A stretch of DNA of 64,000 nt from Candidatus Aminicenantes bacterium. GTDB taxonomy: Bacteria; Acidobacteriota; Aminicenantia; Aminicenantales; CAVYOD01. Each line of letters begins with the position of its first letter. The stretch's first letter is position 1. The notes under the pieces are model-generated. The model searched no databases, was not told the origin of the DNA, and saw nothing but the letters and a program-made list of their open reading frames with translations. Position numbers and translations under genes: made by a program. Shown piece by piece: positions 9,173-18,934 of this stretch. The stretch spans positions 1,074,690-1,138,689 of the forward strand of contig OY969586.1 in assembly GCA_963701305.1 (NCBI GenBank), given 5' to 3'.

Positions 9173-9539
9173 AATCTCCTAGATTTCGGCGTTCTTCAGA
9201 CAAATTGCTCAACAGCCTAGAGGGGCCTTGAAAATCGGCGGCACCGATTCCGCTCCTTGGAGGCACAGAGTTGACTGAATAATTGAGTCCTTCAGTTTTT
9301 GTCCTGCGGGAGTAGACTGACTCCGCAAAAGAGGACAAGCTAATCCGTACACATTACCTCGTGCCTCGTGCCCCGTTCTCAAAGTATTTAAATAAGAAAA
9401 TACCTTAGCTTCTAAGCTGGCATGGCAGAGCGTCGGCCTTAGAGAACCAATTAAACTCCCGGCCTGCGGTTCGTTCCCGGTTAAGTATTTTATTTATAAA
9501 AAAGAATCAGAGTTGGCTTCCAGCGCATGTTCCAGGTGT

Positions 9540-10949
9540 TCAGCGGGAGGACGGTATCCTGTATCTTTTCAGCAGAGTGTACAGGCGGGACCTCGATAGA
9601 CCTGAGATCCTGCAGGCCTCTTTTATGTCGCCGCCGGTGCTCTTCATGAGGCTTCTCAGGTAATCTTGCTCGATCTTGGCTAAGCCCGTTTCCCGCACAT
9701 CCGCCAGGCTCTGGAGCCCGCCGGCCGAATCCGCCGCCGCACCCGATTCCTGGCTCGGCGTCTCCTTCTGACTGAATGATGACCGGGCCATGTGGATGCG
9801 GATGTGCTGAGGAAGGTGCTGGGGAAAGAGCGCCGGTCCGTCCAGGGCAACCACGACCGCCTTTTCCAGGGCCTGAATCAATTCCCGGACATTCCCAGGC
9901 CAACTATATTCCATAAGGATATCGAAAAATTCGGGGGAAAAACCTTTCATCGGCAGGCCGTACTGCTGGCATAGCTTATCAAGATAATGGAGGACGAGCT
10001 CCTTGATGTCTTCGCGGCAGGCTCGTAGTGGCGGCAAATCGATCGTCAGTGTTCGCAGCCTGTAGAGGAGGTCCTCGCGGAAGCTGTTTTTCTTGATCAT
10101 GGCCTCGAGGTCCCGATTCGTCGCGGCGATAAGGCGGAAATCGCTTTGGACCTCCTGCCCGCCACCCACCGGACGGAACATCCGCTCCTGGAGCACACGC
10201 AAAAAGGCTTTCTGAATCGATGGAGAGAGCTCTCCGATCTCGTCCAGAAACAGCGTTCCGCCATCGGCCTGCTTGATCAGTCCATCTCTGGGTTTATCCG
10301 CTCCGGTGAATGCTCCTCGGACGTGCCCGAACAGGGTGCTTTCGACAAGGGTCTCGGGGAGAGCGGCGCAATCGACCACGACAAAATTACTTTTGCTCCG
10401 GTTGCTGTTCCTGTGAATCGCCCAGGCAAAAAGCTCTTTACCGGTCCCTGTCTCGCCGGTCAGGAGGACATTGGCCTCGCTGCCGGCAGCCTGGGCGAGG
10501 CCGTCCAGGCAGGTTCGGAGCGGAGGGCTGTTGCCGATGATGCCCTCACGATGCAACGCGAAAGGCGGGCTAGCCGACTGCTTCTTTTCCCGATACTGGA
10601 TCGCTCGTTCGACAACGAGTGCGATTTCCTTCGTGGAAACGGGCTTTTCGAGGTAATCCCAGGCCCCCTGCTTGATGGCCAGTTCCGCGCCGTCGGGGTC
10701 TCCGAAACCGGTCATGATGACGACTTCGGGCGCACTAGGACTTCTTCTGATCTCAGGCAGTAGGTCCAGCCCCGAACCGTCAGGGAGCCTGACGTCGCAG
10801 AGGACAAGATCAAAAGAACCGGACATGATTTTTTGGCGGGCCTCGTTCACGCTGCCGGCCGTTTCGATTTTGTGCCCAAGGCTTTGAATGACCCTGCCCA
10901 GGGAATCTAGGACCAGGCGATCGTCATCGATGACGAGAAGACTTGCCAT
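9540..10949 (-). CDS. Sigma54-dependent response regulator (NtrC family: REC + AAA+ sigma54-activation + Fis-type HTH).
   Basis: Receiver motifs ([21 protein letters not shown]). AAA+ region ([15 protein letters not shown] and a GAFTGA loop variant in HVRGAFTGA). C-terminal HTH ([19 protein letters not shown]). The start was chosen at the internal ATG ([10 protein letters not shown]); the ORF track extends to 10994. Confidence 0.85.
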   Translation of the reverse strand: MASLLVIDDDRLVLDSLGRVIQSLGHKIETAGSVNEARQKIMSGSFDLVLCDVRLPDGSGLDLLPEIRRSPSAPEVVIMTGFGDPDGAELAIKQGAWDYLEKPVSTKEIALVVERAIQYREKKQSASPPFALHREGIIGNSPPLRTCLDGLAQAAGSEANVLLTGETGTGKELFAWAIHRNSNRSKSNFVVVDCAALPETLVESTLFGHVRGAFTGADKPRDGLIKQADGGTLFLDEIGELSPSIQKAFLRVLQERMFRPVGGGQEVQSDFRLIAATNRDLEAMIKKNSFREDLLYRLRTLTIDLPPLRACREDIKELVLHYLDKLCQQYGLPMKGFSPEFFDILMEYSWPGNVRELIQALEKAVVVALDGPALFPQHLPQHIRIHMARSSFSQKETPSQESGAAADSAGGLQSLADVRETGLAKIEQDYLRSLMKSTGGDIKEACRISGLSRSRLYTLLKRYRIPSSR

Positions 10950-11192
10950 TTCTCTTTGTTTTAGCCAGTGTTCACGGCCCTTCCGAAAGCCCACGACTTT
11001 ATATCACGAGAAGAAACGCCTGTCAAACTGACGCCCTTCAGGAGTTGAGAGGAGCGAGGTGCAAACAGCATGAGGATCCTAGCTGGACTCCTCCCCCTAA
11101 CCCCTTATTCCTTACTTTTGGGAGTTTGCGCTTTTATTTGAATCACGGCCTGATGTATTCTAATGGGAGGGACCTAAGAAAGACGAGCCAGA

Positions 11193-12563
11193 ATGAAAAC
11201 CTACGATGTCGTGGTTGTCGGATCGGGTTCGGGCGAGATTATTGTGGAGGAGGCCCTGGCTCACGGCCTGAAAGTAGCGCTGATCGACCGGGGGGCCCTC
11301 GGCGGAACCTGCCTGAATGTCGGCTGCATCCCTTCCAAGTTGCTCATCGTACCAGCGGACAGGATCGTCGACATCCAGGACTCCCGAAAGCTTGGGGTCC
11401 GGGCCGAAATCGAGAGGGTTGATTTCACGAGCATCATGGAGCGGACAAGGCGGTCGGTCCGATCATCCGAACATCTGATCAGCCAAAGGATCCGGAAAAT
11501 CAAAAACCTCGAATTCTACGGACAGAGGGCGAGGTTTGTGAACAAATCCACCTTCCGGGTTGGTGGCCAGGATATCAGCGGAGGAAATATCTTTCTCGCC
11601 TCGGGGGCGCGGCCCTCTATTCCTCCCGTCAAAGGGCTGAGAAAAATTCCCTACCTGACCAACGAAACGGTCTTTGCTCTGAACAGGAAACCCCGGAGCC
11701 TCATCATCATCGGCGGCGGCTACATCGCGGCCGAATTTGCCCATTTCTTCGCTGCCGTGGGGACCGCCGTCACGGTCCTCCAGAGGGACCACCGTTTGGT
11801 CAAAGAAGAAGAGCCGGAGATCTCCGCGCTTTTGAAGAAAAAACTGGGAGAGAGGATGAAGGTTCGCACGGGAATGGAAGCCGTTGAAGCCAGGACAGAG
11901 GGAAAGTTCGTCGTGATCTCCGCCCGCGATAGGGACTCCGGCCGGAAGCAAGTATTCAAGGCCGAAGAGGTGCTCGTCGCCGCCGGTCGAAAGTCCAATG
12001 CCGATCTGTTGGATGTCGAGAAGGCGGGCATCGAAACCGACGGGAAAAACTACATCAGGGTGAACGAATATCTGGAAACGAGCCAAAAAAACATCTGGGC
12101 CTACGGAGACGCCATCGGACAAAAGATGTTCCGGCACGCCGCCAACTATGAAGCCGAGCTAGCTTTTCACAACGCTATTCACGGCGGAAAAAACAAAATG
12201 GACTTCCTCCTCGTCCCTCATGCCGTTTTCACATCGCCCCAGATTGCCTCGGTCGGGATGACCGAAGCGGAGGCCCGGTTAAAGCACAAAATCCTAGTGG
12301 GAAAGGCCATGTATTCGACGACCGCCATGGGCGAAAGCCTGATGGACACGGACAGTTTTGCCAAGGCTATCGTGGAGAAAGAGACCCTGAAGATCCTGGG
12401 TTTTCACCTGATCGGCCCCCAAGCTTCCCTGCTCATCCAGGAGGTCGTCGATGCCATGTCCTCCGACGGCACCATCCTGCCCATCATCAGGGGGATCCAC
12501 ATCCATCCAGCGCTCGCGGAGATCGTCGTCCGGGCTCTTATCAATCTCAAAGAAAAAGATTAA
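11193..12563 (+). CDS. Class I pyridine-nucleotide disulfide oxidoreductase, dihydrolipoyl dehydrogenase-like.
   Basis: FAD fold (VVVVGSGSG), redox-active disulfide box (GGTCLNVGCIPSKLL) and C-terminal HIHPALAE (HxHPT..E) dimer-interface motif. Confidence 0.8.
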   Translation: MKTYDVVVVGSGSGEIIVEEALAHGLKVALIDRGALGGTCLNVGCIPSKLLIVPADRIVDIQDSRKLGVRAEIERVDFTSIMERTRRSVRSSEHLISQRIRKIKNLEFYGQRARFVNKSTFRVGGQDISGGNIFLASGARPSIPPVKGLRKIPYLTNETVFALNRKPRSLIIIGGGYIAAEFAHFFAAVGTAVTVLQRDHRLVKEEEPEISALLKKKLGERMKVRTGMEAVEARTEGKFVVISARDRDSGRKQVFKAEEVLVAAGRKSNADLLDVEKAGIETDGKNYIRVNEYLETSQKNIWAYGDAIGQKMFRHAANYEAELAFHNAIHGGKNKMDFLLVPHAVFTSPQIASVGMTEAEARLKHKILVGKAMYSTTAMGESLMDTDSFAKAIVEKETLKILGFHLIGPQASLLIQEVVDAMSSDGTILPIIRGIHIHPALAEIVVRALINLKEKD

Positions 12564-13333
12564 GCCTTTCCGGTCCAGACTGTTCTGAGCCGTGTGAGTT
12601 CAACGCCCGACGCCTCGTTGGAAATTTGATGGAGAAAAACAACGGGCGCTTCGCCGGATTGTCTTCCGGCGCGCGAGATGACCCGCTCACCGCTGAAGGC
12701 CTCTGCACGGTAAGAGACTTCCACATCCGATGGCAGCATCGAGTTTGAGATGTCTTCGGGGACGGCTTCCAGGGCCCATTGGACATAAACGGCGTTGTTG
12801 ACGTGCCGGTTAAAATCCAGGTCTTTTCTTAAAACCGGGAATGTCAATTCAACCTCAGGCTGGCGGAGCTGGGGAAAGGGCTTGAAATCGTCGTCCAGAG
12901 CTCTCCGCTCCAGGACCATCCGCCCCGGAAAGGACTCGTTGAGCCGGATCGGCTGCTTTTTACCAAGATCGAGGAGGATCCACGAGCTTGTGGCCGCGAG
13001 GAAGACCTTCCCTCTCTCGTCGGCCAGCTCGAAATCCCTCAAGGCAAAAACCCCCTGCGTCGCCGACGGCCAGGTCGAAACCGTCACCTTGTCCCCATAC
13101 GAAGGATAGCACAGGACTTTGACGTGATAGCGGGAGAGGAGCCAGGTCTGATTTTTTTTGAGGAGCTCGGTGATCGAGAAGCCGAGCAGCGCGGCATGAT
13201 CGCCGGCCGCGTCCTGCAAATAATTGAGCAGCGAGACGAGATGCGCCCGCCCCTCGGAATCCACCTCGTACGCATGGAGATCGAATGTTTTCCTGTAAAG
13301 CTTGTGGACCGGGGTCAAGCTTTCGTCGCCCAT
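12560..13333 (-). CDS. Acyl-ACP thioesterase (FatA/FatB-type tandem hotdog).
   Basis: YEVDSEGRAHLVSLLNYLQDAA and DLDFNRHVNNAVYVQW motifs are typical of pfam01643. Confidence 0.7.
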   Translation of the reverse strand: MGDESLTPVHKLYRKTFDLHAYEVDSEGRAHLVSLLNYLQDAAGDHAALLGFSITELLKKNQTWLLSRYHVKVLCYPSYGDKVTVSTWPSATQGVFALRDFELADERGKVFLAATSSWILLDLGKKQPIRLNESFPGRMVLERRALDDDFKPFPQLRQPEVELTFPVLRKDLDFNRHVNNAVYVQWALEAVPEDISNSMLPSDVEVSYRAEAFSGERVISRAGRQSGEAPVVFLHQISNEASGVELTRLRTVWTGKA

Positions 13334-13433
13334 TCTGAATTTCCTCTCCTTCTATTCTATGAATCTCTCTTTTGTCTGTCCAGCCAATCTCACACCCTGG
13401 TGGCAGTACCCCGTGCCCTTAAAAACTGTGACT

Positions 13434-13586
13434 GGTAAGGAGTAAGGGGTAAAGGGTTAAGAAGCTATCAAAGTCTACTGAATCGTACCGTTAACCGCAA
13501 CACATCCGGCAGGGAATATTAAAATGTAGGGCGATCGCCAAAGACAGCTTACCCCTTACCATTTACTCTTTACCGTTCACCCCTGC
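13434..13586. repeat. Intergenic inverted pair of GGTAAGG / GGGGTAAAGGG-type repeats (REP-like family), flanking ~85 bp.
   Basis: GGTAAGGAGTAAGGGGTAAAGGGTTAAG at 13434..13461. Its imperfect reverse complement CTTACCCCTTACCATTTACTCTTTACCGTTCACCCCTG is at 13549..13586. Confidence 0.5.
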
Positions 13587-13594
13587 TATTTTGT

Positions 13595-14236
13595 TTAGAA
13601 GGGGGCGATAATAAACACCAAAATATCCCAGATCGTGTGACTCAAGGCGACGAGGACGACGGAGCGATACTGCCGATAGAGCCATCCCCAAAACAGACCG
13701 CAGACCGCCGCCGCCAGGACAAGCATCAGGTTTCCGCTTCCGAGATGAACCAGAGAATAGAACCCGCCGGAGACGAGCCAGCCCGGCGTATCTCCCCACC
13801 GCCCCATGAACCGGCGCTGCAGAGACCCTCTCCAGAAAACCTCTTCTCCGGGTCCGATCACGAGAATCATGAGCAGAACGATGCGGAACGTGGAGGCCTC
13901 TCCTCTAAAGGCGTAGACGCGGCGGATTCCCTCGCCGGCGAAAGGAAGGAGGGTGCTGGAGAGAACCTTTCCGACATAAAAAAAGCCGTAAAGGGCAAAG
14001 GCGGAGAGGATCCCCAACAGAATCTTCTTGGCCAACCCGGCGCGAAAGTCCGCTAAAAGAATTCGGCCGAACCGTCTATCGCTAGTAGAGCTTAAGAAGA
14101 GAAGCAGGATCAGGTCGAGACTCATCCACCACCAGAAATCGAACGGCCCGATCCGGCGGAAAACAAAGAGGGGGACAAAGAGCACGGCTGCGGACAAAGC
14201 TAATAAGAACAAACGGCGCGCGTCGGAAGGGGCCAC
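13595..14236 (-). CDS. CPBP-family (CAAX protease / Abi) intramembrane metalloprotease.
   Basis: Multi-TM protein with GEEVFWRG (EExxxR), YSLVHLG (FxxxH) and SHTIWDIL motifs. Confidence 0.7.
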   Translation of the reverse strand: MAPSDARRLFLLALSAAVLFVPLFVFRRIGPFDFWWWMSLDLILLLFLSSTSDRRFGRILLADFRAGLAKKILLGILSAFALYGFFYVGKVLSSTLLPFAGEGIRRVYAFRGEASTFRIVLLMILVIGPGEEVFWRGSLQRRFMGRWGDTPGWLVSGGFYSLVHLGSGNLMLVLAAAVCGLFWGWLYRQYRSVVLVALSHTIWDILVFIIAPF

Positions 14237-14246
14237 GGTCCGGCCC

Positions 14247-15191
14247 TCAGCGCAACCGGAGCAGATACTGAAGCCAGACTGCGGCCGTGCAGAGGATTCC
14301 GAAAAGGAGGTTGTAGTTGGCCGTGGCTCCGTCCAGGATGATAAAGTCCATGGGCCGTCGGGGCTCCCGGCGTCTCACCGCCCGGCGCCAGAGCTGGAGC
14401 GCCCTCGGCAAAGCCAGCCAAACCAGGAAGAAGGTTAAAGGCATGGGAGTTAGGGAGGGCGATATGACGCGGGGGATCAAGATCAGGCCGAAGATAATGG
14501 CCATAGAACCGAAAAGCAGAAAAGCATAATAAAAGAGAGAGCCCCCGTCTCCGAGAACGGAGGCCATTGTCCTGACTTTTCGCTCCCGATCGGTGATTGT
14601 ATCCCGCCAGTTGTTAGCATGGAGGATGGCGATGACCAGCATGGCCATGGGAACCGTCCAGACGACCGGCAGCCAGGAAAAAGAACGGGTCTGGACGACC
14701 CATGCTCCCAGCGAACCGAGCAGCCCGAAGTTCAGGAACACGGCCAGATCCCCGAGGGCGTGATACTTAAGAGCCGAGTAAAAAAGGCCAATAACGATGC
14801 CGGCCCCACCGATGATGAGCAGGACAGGGCCAGTAAGCCAAGCCAGGATTAGCCCGATAGCCGTTCCCAAGACGAACAGCGCCGCGGCCCCGCCGGCCAC
14901 CGACTGAGCGGAGAGCCAGCCGCGGACGATCGCGCCGCTCACGGGTGTGATGTCTTTGTCCAGACCTCGCCTGTGGTCGAAGACATCGCTGAGCATGTTC
15001 GCGGCCGAATGAAGGATCATCATGCCGGCCAGGGCGAGCAAAAAATGGAACGGCCGGAAGCGCGCTCCAGCCATCACGATAGCCAGGGACGTGCCGAAGA
15101 TGACCGGCATGGTCGAGGCTGGAAAGGACCACGGCCGGGCGGCGACGATCCATTTTTTTAGAAGTGGGGTGTGAACGGCGTTTTCGACCAT
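14247..15191 (-). CDS. UbiA-family aromatic prenyltransferase (MenA-like).
   Basis: Eight or more TM helices. N-terminal WIVAARPWSFPASTMPVIFG and Asp-rich NMLSDVFDHRRGLD motif. The start was set at the internal ATG (MVENAVH), which has an AAGGAA RBS. The ORF track extends to 15308. Confidence 0.7.
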   Translation of the reverse strand: MVENAVHTPLLKKWIVAARPWSFPASTMPVIFGTSLAIVMAGARFRPFHFLLALAGMMILHSAANMLSDVFDHRRGLDKDITPVSGAIVRGWLSAQSVAGGAAALFVLGTAIGLILAWLTGPVLLIIGGAGIVIGLFYSALKYHALGDLAVFLNFGLLGSLGAWVVQTRSFSWLPVVWTVPMAMLVIAILHANNWRDTITDRERKVRTMASVLGDGGSLFYYAFLLFGSMAIIFGLILIPRVISPSLTPMPLTFFLVWLALPRALQLWRRAVRRREPRRPMDFIILDGATANYNLLFGILCTAAVWLQYLLRLR

Positions 15192-15356
15192 GAAATTGTT
15201 CCTTGAGGTTTCCGCGCAATGTCCTCGCTGCGGAAACCTCAGAAAAATCAAATGAAGTCGTTTTTTATACCATACCCGGACCCCGCGGTCAAACGAGAGC
15301 TGCCCCAACCGGCTGGATTTCCGGGCCGGCGCCGCCCGCCTCTGTCCTCAGCACCT

Positions 15357-15923
15357 TTATTTTTTAGGACATTTAGCGACCCAGGGGCAGTTCTCGCAAT
15401 GGGAGTAGGCAAGGCTTTGATGAAAAGTCTCATTATGGAGAATCGAGCCGTCTTTGCTTTTCTCCATGATGTGAATTTCGCTGACCACAAAAGCCACAGC
15501 GTTTTTTACTCCCGATCGAATTGTCGTCCCCTCTGGAGGACCGCTCACGTAGACGGAGACCAATTTGAAGCTCAGTGTCTTCCCCTCGGCCCGCGTCTTC
15601 TTCCAAAATGCCGAGCTGTCTTGCCCGTAGATGATTTCAAAATTCTCTGTCGAAAGGACACCGAGACGCTCGACATAGAGATCGATCATCGCCTGGAAAT
15701 TCCCGGCCTGGAAACTGGAGCTGAGGAGCGCGTTATCTATCTCGATTTGCTTCGCTAGTGACTCCAGTGCTTCCGGCTTGATGGCCTGTGCCGCCTTACC
15801 GATGAGGCACAGCAGGTCTTTGAGCACTTGCCCGGGCGCGGCAGTCTGTTTCTGGGTCGAAACAGCGGGCAATGAAAAAAAGAAAAGCAAAATGACTCCC
15901 AGGACCCAACCTTTTGATTTCAT
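15357..15923 (-). CDS. Secreted hypothetical protein, 188 aa, ending in a Cys-rich tail (CENCPWVAKCPKK).
   Basis: Signal peptide MKSKGWVLGVILLFFFSLPAVS. No family recognised. Confidence 0.45.
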   Translation of the reverse strand: MKSKGWVLGVILLFFFSLPAVSTQKQTAAPGQVLKDLLCLIGKAAQAIKPEALESLAKQIEIDNALLSSSFQAGNFQAMIDLYVERLGVLSTENFEIIYGQDSSAFWKKTRAEGKTLSFKLVSVYVSGPPEGTTIRSGVKNAVAFVVSEIHIMEKSKDGSILHNETFHQSLAYSHCENCPWVAKCPKK

Positions 15924-16023
15924 AGATCCCTCCTTTTTGATGTTGATCTATCTTGATCTGTCCAACCCCCCTTGCGTCACCGGAGAAAGGACAGTTGATT
16001 CCCCCCTCTCTCAAGAGGCCGAG

Positions 16024-18618
16024 CTATAAATCACCGTATTTTTTCAATCGTTCTTCATGGGCCTTCTTTTGCTTTTTGAGGATTTCGATGAATCGAGGGT
16101 CAGCTCTTAAGGGATCATAGAAGAAACAGTTCAATAAGTGAGGATAGGGATAGAGATACTCAAAGATTCTTTTGAAACCCACTTCCGTCCCGTTGCGAAT
16201 GAACTCAAGAGCCTCATCCTTGAAACCCAAGATCGCGTAGTTTTGGGCCAGAAAATAGGTAAACCGAAAGGGATCTTCCTTTTTCGCCTTTTCTAAGATG
16301 GGCGCAGCCTTGGTTCTATCCCCTCTAACGGAATAAACAAAAGCTCGCGTGTAGAGAATATATTCGCTGCCCGGATTGGACTTCTCGGCAACGGCGATTT
16401 CTTTCTCAGCCTCATCCGTCTTTTTCGTCGCGATCAGAGCGCGGGCGAGAAAAAGCCGATTAGAAAGATTACCGGGCTCCATCTCGATCATTTTTTTCAC
16501 GTGGGCAAGTTCCTCCTCGTACCTGCCAAGAAACATCGCGCAGCGGGCCAGAAAATTATAGGGTTTAAGGGTCGAGTCGCCGAACCTGATAGCCTCGTGA
16601 TAATGCCTCATTGCCTGATCGAACAAACCCACGCTCCTGAGGAAGGAACCCACATGGAGGTGGATGAAGGAGTTTTCGGGTTCCAATCTTAGAGCGGTCT
16701 TGAAATATCCATAAGCCTTGTCCAGGTCCTCCTTAAAAAAATAGGCCCAGCCAAGCCCGGCATTGGCTCCGGCCAGATGTGGCTCTAATTCGTAAGCCCG
16801 TTCATAATATTTCTGCATCAGCTCATAATCTTCCGGCTCTTCTATGGCGACATACCTGCTCTGATAAACATCTCCTAAGCCCCAATAGGCCATGGCAAAA
16901 CGAGGATCTTCCCGGATCGCCGTTTCGAGTTTTCCGAGAGCCTGATGGAACAACGAATCCTTCTCCCTCGGATCGTCACTCAAGTATTCTTTCGTCTCCA
17001 GGTCTCTCGCTTCGAGATAACACTTCCAGGCCAAGGAAGAGCTCGTGGGGATTGGAGCCTCGGCTCCTTCGCTAGGGACCCTGAGATTCTCCAGGACATT
17101 CCTGGTTAGTGCAGGTACCATTTTATCGAAAGCGTCCTCCCCGGCTCCGTCTTCTTGGCCGGAGCCTATAGTCATTCCCGTCGCCGCTTCTTTGAGGTCG
17201 TAGATCAGCTTCAAACCACGGCCCGCTTTGAAAAAGTAACCGGTCATGATATGGGAGATATTACCCATGCCCCGGATTTTGCGCAGGTCCGTCAACGAAT
17301 AGGCGTTGGCTTTCTCTAGTCCCAGCGCGTTCAAGATATACAAAATGCTTTCCGGATTGAGAACCGTGACCTGCCGGGTGGACTGGCGAATGTCATAAAT
17401 AAAAAAATGACAGAGGCTTGTCTTCCAGTTGTCCAACCTCTGATCCCCGGTGTTGTTCGAAAAATAGAGGACCGCCAGCGAAGGCTTCCCCGGTGGAGAA
17501 GAGACCCCCGGTTTCCGCGGCCAGAATCGTGAGGTCGCCATAATGACAAGCAATATAATCAGTATTCCGGCGGCGCTGAGCGCTTTTTTTCTCTTAATCT
17601 GCTCCGTGATGCCTCCGAGGAAACCTGCCTTCTGTTTGAGCGACACTCGTTCCGTCGTCGGGAGTCCTTCCTCTATGTGCTTCAATTCGGCCAGGACTTC
17701 TGAGGCGCTCTGAAACCTCTTCTCTCTGCTTTTCTCCAGGCATTTGGAGATGAGTCCAGCCAGGGATTCGGGAAGTTGGGGATTGATTTTTCGGGGATCT
17801 GGAGGTGTTTCGGTTTTGTGTTTGAGGGCAACGCTCAGAGGATTGTCACCTTCAAATGGAACTCGCCCACAGACCATTTCATAGAGGATGATCCCCAGGG
17901 AATAGATGTCGGACCTTGGATCCCCACGCTCCCCGCCGGCTTGCTCGGGAGATGAGTATTCCGGAGTTCCGATCATGATCCTTGGACCGGTCGAGGCTTT
18001 TTCCTGGACGGAGTGGGCGATCCCGAAATCCATGATCTTGGCGTTTCCGTCCCTATCGACCATGATATTCTTTGGCTTCAGATCCTGATGGACGATCCCC
18101 AGCCGGTGGGCTTCCGTCAGACCCGCGCAGACCTGCCTGGCGATCGAAATCGCCTGTCCGGCGCTCAATGGGCCCATCATCCGGATCATGCTCTTGAGGT
18201 CTTCGCCGGGCACGTATTCCATGGTGATAAACGGGATCCCTTCGGCCTCGCCCAGGTCGTACATCCGGCAGACATTCTTGTGGGTGATCTTCCGGGCAAG
18301 CCTCAGCTCTTCCTGAAAACGTTCGTTGATTCGGCTGCGGTCAGCCAGTTCCGGCTTGATGAGCTTGAGCGCCACGATCTCTTTGATCTTGTGATCAAAG
18401 ACTTTGTAGACCTCGCCCATTCCGCCCCGGCCCAATTCCTCAATGACTTCGTATCTTCCGGCAAAGAGGCTTCCTCGATCGAGCCCGGAGACGGGCGTCA
18501 AAAGGGTGCTTGTTTCTGCGGGGGAGCCTGCCTTTGAACCGGGCACAAGGGCGCCGCAGTTCCCGCAAAACCGGGTGGTGCCGGGGTTCTCAAAGTGACA
18601 ACGAGGGCATTTCATCAA
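16024..18618 (-). CDS. Serine/threonine protein kinase with an N-terminal zinc-ribbon, one TM helix and C-terminal TPR repeats.
   Basis: CPRCHFENPGTTRFCGNCG zinc ribbon. Hanks kinase motifs (GRGGMGEVY, VALK, HQDLKPKNIM, DFGIA, GTPEYSSPE). TM segment ILIILLVIMA. Multiple TPR-like repeats toward the C-terminus. Confidence 0.85.
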   Translation of the reverse strand: MMKCPRCHFENPGTTRFCGNCGALVPGSKAGSPAETSTLLTPVSGLDRGSLFAGRYEVIEELGRGGMGEVYKVFDHKIKEIVALKLIKPELADRSRINERFQEELRLARKITHKNVCRMYDLGEAEGIPFITMEYVPGEDLKSMIRMMGPLSAGQAISIARQVCAGLTEAHRLGIVHQDLKPKNIMVDRDGNAKIMDFGIAHSVQEKASTGPRIMIGTPEYSSPEQAGGERGDPRSDIYSLGIILYEMVCGRVPFEGDNPLSVALKHKTETPPDPRKINPQLPESLAGLISKCLEKSREKRFQSASEVLAELKHIEEGLPTTERVSLKQKAGFLGGITEQIKRKKALSAAGILIILLVIMATSRFWPRKPGVSSPPGKPSLAVLYFSNNTGDQRLDNWKTSLCHFFIYDIRQSTRQVTVLNPESILYILNALGLEKANAYSLTDLRKIRGMGNISHIMTGYFFKAGRGLKLIYDLKEAATGMTIGSGQEDGAGEDAFDKMVPALTRNVLENLRVPSEGAEAPIPTSSSLAWKCYLEARDLETKEYLSDDPREKDSLFHQALGKLETAIREDPRFAMAYWGLGDVYQSRYVAIEEPEDYELMQKYYERAYELEPHLAGANAGLGWAYFFKEDLDKAYGYFKTALRLEPENSFIHLHVGSFLRSVGLFDQAMRHYHEAIRFGDSTLKPYNFLARCAMFLGRYEEELAHVKKMIEMEPGNLSNRLFLARALIATKKTDEAEKEIAVAEKSNPGSEYILYTRAFVYSVRGDRTKAAPILEKAKKEDPFRFTYFLAQNYAILGFKDEALEFIRNGTEVGFKRIFEYLYPYPHLLNCFFYDPLRADPRFIEILKKQKKAHEERLKKYGDL

Positions 18619-18735
18619 CGCCGTCCCTTTTTTGCTGTGCTTGCCTCAAATAAAGATAAGCTTGAGCCGACCAAATGTCAAATTCCGCAATTCAAGTGAG
18701 GAGTTGGATTTGCTGCTCAGTGCTTACTCCTCAAT

Positions 18736-18854
18736 CGTCTATCTGGTCTATCTCGTCCCTCGTCCTTCTCGTCAAGAGAAAGAACGCATTTGGTTCTTTC
18801 TTTTCGTAATTTTTTGTTGGGACAGACTAGATGACGAGAAAGACGAGAGAGACG
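18736..18854. repeat. Long imperfect inverted repeat (~22 bp arms with internal TCTATCTGGTCTATCTCGTC direct repeats) in the divergent promoter region.
   Basis: Left arm CGTCTATCTGGTCTATCTCGTCC at 18736..18773. Right arm GACAGACTAGATGACGAGAAAGACGAGAGAGACG at 18821..18854. About 19 of 22 positions are complementary. Confidence 0.4.
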
Positions 18855-18934
18855 TCCTTTGGTTTGAGATTCATTTTGGTCTGTGATATAAGCAATATCT
18901 TTATGTGATCTCAGGGTCCTTTTGAAGGAGGTCC

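Noticed and set aside
10146-10763. 205-aa + strand ORF within the NtrC-family gene.
   Set aside because: Antisense to a well-supported sigma54 activator gene.
12547-15219. Assorted short ORFs (14028..14438, 14619..14852, 14767..15219 and others) with charged or repetitive translations.
   Set aside because: They overlap the CPBP and UbiA membrane-protein genes on the opposite strand or out of frame.
15796-16026. The kinase gene ends in TAG, and the frame continues into the 72-aa ORF 15796..16014.
   Set aside because: The downstream sequence has no homology and overlaps the next gene's start region. It is an ordinary stop, not a Pyl codon.
18632-18886. 84-aa + strand ORF.
   Set aside because: It lies entirely within the inverted-repeat / divergent promoter region, has no RBS and has low-complexity sequence.
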